Shown one piece after another: positions 27,898-32,000 of a stretch of 32,000 bases of DNA. The DNA lies in the NCBI GenBank assembly GCA_964589775.1, contig CAZPUN010000007.1, positions 32,687-64,686 of the forward strand. Direction: 5' to 3'. A program made the translations under genes and the position numbers. Below the pieces are notes generated by a model that worked only from the letters and a program-made list of their open reading frames with translations, did no database searches and was not told the origin of the DNA. The stretch's first letter is position 1. Every line of letters begins with the position of its first letter. Source of the stretch: an uncultured archaeon (GTDB lineage Archaea; Asgardarchaeota; Thorarchaeia; Thorarchaeales; CAZPUN01).

Positions 27898-29731
27898 AGA
27901 ATTATCAACTGATTTTGATGGACGATTTGAAGGACAATTAATGAGTATCAGTACAGTAACTGCAAATTATTCCTCGGAATTTTCAGGCACGTCATCACGC
28001 TATAAAGCATTTATAAAAATAAAGTACCAACGTGATCTTATGGGACTTTTGGAAGAGGGCATGCTCATTGCCATTCGAAATTTCAAAAGCAGAGCACATA
28101 ATGGAAATCGTTTTACGTTAATGAGCGTTGCTCAAGTATGGCCTGAACACTTCGGCCTGAAAGGAGTTAGTGGATCTTCATACATTCCGACTCAATTTGA
28201 AATTGCCACGCAAGCTGTTCCAGATTGGGAAACTGATGATAACCAGATTATGGCTATTAACATGGTTGCAATCCCTGTAAATTACGATATTATTATTGAA
28301 GGTAAGAAACCGATTTTCAAAAAGGGCTTTACATATCCGATAATCGGAGAACGAGTTTATATCTTGAATAGAGATACCATTGATGATGTATATAATTCAA
28401 AGATCAAAGAACGATTAGGATTCACATCAAAGAGAACCGTTGCAGATCCCTATATAGATCCTCGCATAGGAACAATTTCAATGTTCGAGGCACTTCCGGG
28501 CGAGATTCCCATCTATGTCGACTTTGAAGCCCTTGTTCGATACCATTTTGGAATTTTCAGCTTTACCGGTGGGGGAAAGAGCAATCTTCTGTCAAATATA
28601 ATTCGCCGCATTATGATCCATAAAGATAATATCAAAGTAATTGTTTTTGATGTTTCAAGCGAATATCCTGCGCATCTCATGGACGTACTAGGAAATCCAG
28701 ATATCCCATCACGAATTATACTTGACACAAATGCAGAATCTTTCGAACAATTTTCCAAAATGATCGCAACACCACGTAGGTTTGAAGGCGATCCTCGAGT
28801 CGCAAAGGGGTTACGTAAAATCTGGGATTTAAACAGGGTATATTATATGGATTTGTCTGAGAAACGCATACCTACTTATTTTAGCCTAATAAACCAACTA
28901 GAATCTTTCCAACAGGATAGCTTGGATAAAGGATATGCACATTATGCGGATGCTGCCGAAGAAATAATAGACTTCATAGAATCCTATATCATGGAACAAG
29001 ACCTTACGTATGAATCAATAATAGATGCAGATTTTCTTGACATTATGGAAACGAACGCTCGTCAAATTCTAGATGATTTTGGAGTTAACAATCGAAGTAG
29101 TTTATACGCATGGGTAATGTCTCGTAAGAGGTTAAAAACAAAAATAGAACGCTTGTCACATGCAATTCATGATGAAACCGCCATGACCATTAATGATATC
29201 GAAGAGGCACTCGAAAATACTGATAGGCTAATTGTGCTATCTATTGCAGATCCATATATTCAGAGATCAATCGTAATTAAACTTGTGAATCGATTTCTAT
29301 ATCTTCGCAAGAAACACTTCAAGAGTGAGCCATATATCTTGTTTGTATTTGACGAGGCACAGGAATTCGTATCATCAGCTCGTGCTGGAGATATGGGCGA
29401 ATGCTCAATGGTTGTAGAGTCGCTGCTCAGACAAGGGCGTAAATATGGACTCGGAGGATGCATTGCAACTCAGAGAATGGCATATCTGAATACAAACGCA
29501 ATGCAACAGTTACACACATACTTTGTAGGTACACTACCAAGACCATATGATAGAGGTGTCGTATCATCAACGTTCATGATAGACCAAACGATTCTAGAAA
29601 AGACATTAGAATTTGCACCGGGTGGCTGGCTTCTCTCGTCATACATTGCGACCGGATTAGAAAATGTTCCAATTTTAATGCAAGCAGACAATTCTGAAGA
29701 CGTTATTGACGATTATTTAGATAGCATATAA
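27887..29731 (+). CDS. HerA/FtsK-family ATPase
   Basis: N-terminal HAS-barrel-like region, RYHFGIFSFTGGGKSN (variant Walker A), VFDVSSEY, FVFDEAQEF (Walker B), RQGRKYG, ATQR. Confidence 0.88.
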   Translation: MGIEELSTDFDGRFEGQLMSISTVTANYSSEFSGTSSRYKAFIKIKYQRDLMGLLEEGMLIAIRNFKSRAHNGNRFTLMSVAQVWPEHFGLKGVSGSSYIPTQFEIATQAVPDWETDDNQIMAINMVAIPVNYDIIIEGKKPIFKKGFTYPIIGERVYILNRDTIDDVYNSKIKERLGFTSKRTVADPYIDPRIGTISMFEALPGEIPIYVDFEALVRYHFGIFSFTGGGKSNLLSNIIRRIMIHKDNIKVIVFDVSSEYPAHLMDVLGNPDIPSRIILDTNAESFEQFSKMIATPRRFEGDPRVAKGLRKIWDLNRVYYMDLSEKRIPTYFSLINQLESFQQDSLDKGYAHYADAAEEIIDFIESYIMEQDLTYESIIDADFLDIMETNARQILDDFGVNNRSSLYAWVMSRKRLKTKIERLSHAIHDETAMTINDIEEALENTDRLIVLSIADPYIQRSIVIKLVNRFLYLRKKHFKSEPYILFVFDEAQEFVSSARAGDMGECSMVVESLLRQGRKYGLGGCIATQRMAYLNTNAMQQLHTYFVGTLPRPYDRGVVSSTFMIDQTILEKTLEFAPGGWLLSSYIATGLENVPILMQADNSEDVIDDYLDSI

Positions 29732-29763
29732 AATAAATATAATATAAAAAAGAAGGCGAAAAA

Positions 29764-30759
29764 TTAATCGCCTATTTCTTTCTTTGCATTTTCAATTAAT
29801 CTTTCAATCTTTTTAATTCGAGAATGATCCGCAACACCATAGATTTTGATTGCTAACTTTTCAGCATCGCTTTTTGCAAGTTCATTTGGCGTGTCAATCC
29901 CTGCCTTTACTAATTCTTCAGCCAGCAATTTATCCGCACCAAGCTTTTCAAATTCCTCTATCTTTTCAAAGTACCGCTTTGCCGCACGAATGTACCTCGC
30001 AGCATCCTTCTTACTAATACCTGCAGCAGTAGCAAGAAAATCATCATCCATCGATGCAAGAATCTTAGCGTTGTATGCGCCTGCACGTACAAGCTTTCGT
30101 GCAGTTTCTTTCGTGATGCCCTTAATCTTGCTTAACTCATTTGCTCGTGCCTCATTCTGCCGAATGACAATTCCAGAAATCATCAGTGATACCGTTAAGA
30201 TAGATACAATTCCAAATAGGACTTGTGATAGTTCTATAGATTGACTGCCAATTTGGATCATTGGAGTTATGCCTATTTCTTGTATGTATGATGGAATAAA
30301 GAATAATACTCCAAATCCGGCAGATAATATACCAGAAAAGAATAACCAGCCACGCTCAATTCGTTCAGGTATGCCGCGAATGTCCCCGGGAGCACTTGCA
30401 TACGCCAGCGCAGAGAAAACCGCAACAAAAAATGACTTACCACTCGGAAATATATCCAGAAACATGTGCGTAGAATACCCGATCATAAAGAATGCTATGA
30501 GTACCGATATCTCACTCGGTACCGGAAGGAAATAATAGCCAATTCCTAATGCACCAAATAAATAAGGCCCGTGAGTAATAAAACTCCGGTGATATCGCGT
30601 ACCAAAGTCATTATCAAAATCCGGTATTGCCGCTCCCATCAATATCATTAGATATGCAGGCCAGAAATAAATCTTGGCAAAATGAAAGTAAAACTCATTC
30701 GTTATGATTATCAAAAGAAAGGTAATCGTCGCAAATACCTTGTGCTCAAATGCGTGCAT
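29764..30759 (-). CDS. YdjM-like membrane metal-dependent hydrolase fused to tandem helix-hairpin-helix domains
   Basis: M...H, GAAIPDFD, HRSFITH, GYSTHMFLD among about 6 TM helices; C-terminal LSKIKGITKETARKLVRAG and LGAD..LA..LVKAGIDT..ELA. Confidence 0.72.
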   Translation of the reverse strand: MHAFEHKVFATITFLLIIITNEFYFHFAKIYFWPAYLMILMGAAIPDFDNDFGTRYHRSFITHGPYLFGALGIGYYFLPVPSEISVLIAFFMIGYSTHMFLDIFPSGKSFFVAVFSALAYASAPGDIRGIPERIERGWLFFSGILSAGFGVLFFIPSYIQEIGITPMIQIGSQSIELSQVLFGIVSILTVSLMISGIVIRQNEARANELSKIKGITKETARKLVRAGAYNAKILASMDDDFLATAAGISKKDAARYIRAAKRYFEKIEEFEKLGADKLLAEELVKAGIDTPNELAKSDAEKLAIKIYGVADHSRIKKIERLIENAKKEIGD

Positions 30760-30886
30760 TCTTCATCACATCCTTACCTTATATTTGAAAATTAAAGTAT
30801 AAAAGGTTTTAACAATTCTTAATGAATTTTTCAGTTATATACTATTTTTAACTTCGTTATTTATCGTGTATTCTTAATTTTTGATT

Positions 30887-31723
30887 TTATATATTATTTT
30901 GTAGTAATCCTTTTACATATTTTAGACCTTCAGACGACAATCCAAAATATCCGCGGTCACAATATATAAAATAGTAAGGTCTCCTCTTTTCAGTCTGTAA
31001 TATCTCGCTTTCATTATGCTCTTGTAATGTTCTACGAATGGTATCAGTATATGTTCTATTATTTTTGTATTTTAAATATGTTAGAATTAATTGATTACGA
31101 TAAATTTCGCTTAAATGAGTGCAATAATTTTTCAGAGGATCACCGATTAAATAGAGAACAATTGCGATAATTTCATACCATCTCAAATCCGACGAAATTA
31201 GTGATGAAAAAAGAGCAAATTCAGAATAATATTGAGATATTTCTGATGGTTTCAAATTAGAAATATACCTTCCAAAATTCAGCCGTTTCTCATCTAGTAA
31301 TTCACCAGAATTCCAAATATTTTCAAAATAGGAAATTCCTTGTTGAATTAGATCTTGATTGTCCGTGAAAAATCCAATCTCTTTGTTGATTTCAGTATTT
31401 AAGCCAAATCCGGCATTTGTTAGATTTGCACTACCAACATATATGTATTTATCATCAAAAATATACATTTTGCTATGTATTGAGTTATCTATCCGAATCT
31501 CGAAATTTGGCGTAGAGTAAATGTATTCAAAAACCCGATAATCACTACTCCTACGTATTAAAGATTCTCTATCAAAACGACTTATTACATATACTGTATT
31601 TGCTTTTGTTTTATCAATTATATATTTAAATGCATCATACTTTATCCAAGGACTGATTATTCGTAATAACGAACATGAAATTCTTGATAATTCCTTTTTT
31701 ATACTTAATGATAATATTCTCAT
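30887..31723 (-). CDS. PLD-family (single HKD) nuclease with a C-terminal winged-helix-like domain
   Basis: ISPW, HSKMYIFD, GSANLT, N.EIG; tail W.EII....L...HLSEIY...TIRRTLQ.H...RGYFGL. ATG at 31723 is preferred to 31780. Confidence 0.8.
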   Translation of the reverse strand: MRILSLSIKKELSRISCSLLRIISPWIKYDAFKYIIDKTKANTVYVISRFDRESLIRRSSDYRVFEYIYSTPNFEIRIDNSIHSKMYIFDDKYIYVGSANLTNAGFGLNTEINKEIGFFTDNQDLIQQGISYFENIWNSGELLDEKRLNFGRYISNLKPSEISQYYSEFALFSSLISSDLRWYEIIAIVLYLIGDPLKNYCTHLSEIYRNQLILTYLKYKNNRTYTDTIRRTLQEHNESEILQTEKRRPYYFIYCDRGYFGLSSEGLKYVKGLLQNNI

Positions 31724-31733
31724 AATTAAAACA

Positions 31734-31976
31734 ATGTTTATTCTTATGCTGTTCCTCAATGGTAATGTTATTGAATACATGGGACACTATGAGAATGAAC
31801 AAGGTGAGTGGGTTGAAATGGGCGTACCAGGATGTCTTGCCATGAAAAGAACGCTAAGTCGGAATGGATGGAAGGATAACGCTGACACTAATACAAGGTA
31901 CGCTTGTGAGAAGCACGAGGTAGCAGTAGAAGATAATTGGGAAGGCCGTGAGGTAGTGCGGAAGATACTGGATTAG
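31734..31976 (+). CDS. Small hypothetical protein of virus-like style
   Basis: 80-aa ORF with hydrophobic N-terminus and two Cys, in visibly more G-rich sequence; another ATG (MPKALE...) follows at 31981. Confidence 0.5.
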   Translation: MFILMLFLNGNVIEYMGHYENEQGEWVEMGVPGCLAMKRTLSRNGWKDNADTNTRYACEKHEVAVEDNWEGREVVRKILD

Positions 31977-32000
31977 AATAATGCCTAAAGCGCTAGAGAG

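Noticed and set aside
1271-30535. Numerous short ORFs antisense to or nested in confident genes (e.g. 4463-4870, 6041-6448, 13023-13436, 29846-30244)
   Set aside because: Shadow ORFs of well-supported CDSs with no recognisable motifs.
31724-31780. Longer N-terminus of the PLD ORF
   Set aside because: The extension overlaps the opposite-strand ORF in compositionally different sequence; MRIL at 31723 fits the PLD domain start.

Overview
AT-rich chromosomal segment from an anaerobic archaeon. GGTGA-type RBSs, U-tract terminators and the gene content point to archaea; a thermophilic or Asgard/TACK-like lineage is only an inference. Left to right: the 5' end of class III ribonucleotide reductase nrdD with a 700-bp motif-rich upstream region; LarC N-terminal domain; V4R protein; membrane-anchored M14 carboxypeptidase; SAMP/MoaD plus radical SAM/SPASM maturase; RNase HIII; TtuA. 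Next is an 11-gene minus-strand run joining a 2-oxoacid:ferredoxin oxidoreductase (korDABC) to hdrA-mvhDGA-protease-hdrCB, then an oxidative-stress cluster (fprA, Prx, Lrp, ogg) and an EamA transporter. A 740-bp intergenic region holds an orphan two-repeat/one-spacer CRISPR-like mini-array, followed by carbamate kinase and a SAM methyltransferase. The last ~7.5 kb is a nucleic-acid-processing or defence-like island: beta-class DNA MTase, membrane-anchored PD-(D/E)xK nuclease, degenerate GNAT, an oversized NurA with HerA but no Mre11/Rad50, a YdjM-like membrane hydrolase fused to HhH repeats, and a PLD nuclease with a winged-helix-like tail. The window ends at an abrupt junction into foreign-looking sequence. 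The best candidates for something undescribed are this HerA/NurA-centred island and the orphan mini-array. All family calls come from motif recognition by eye; no searches were run.
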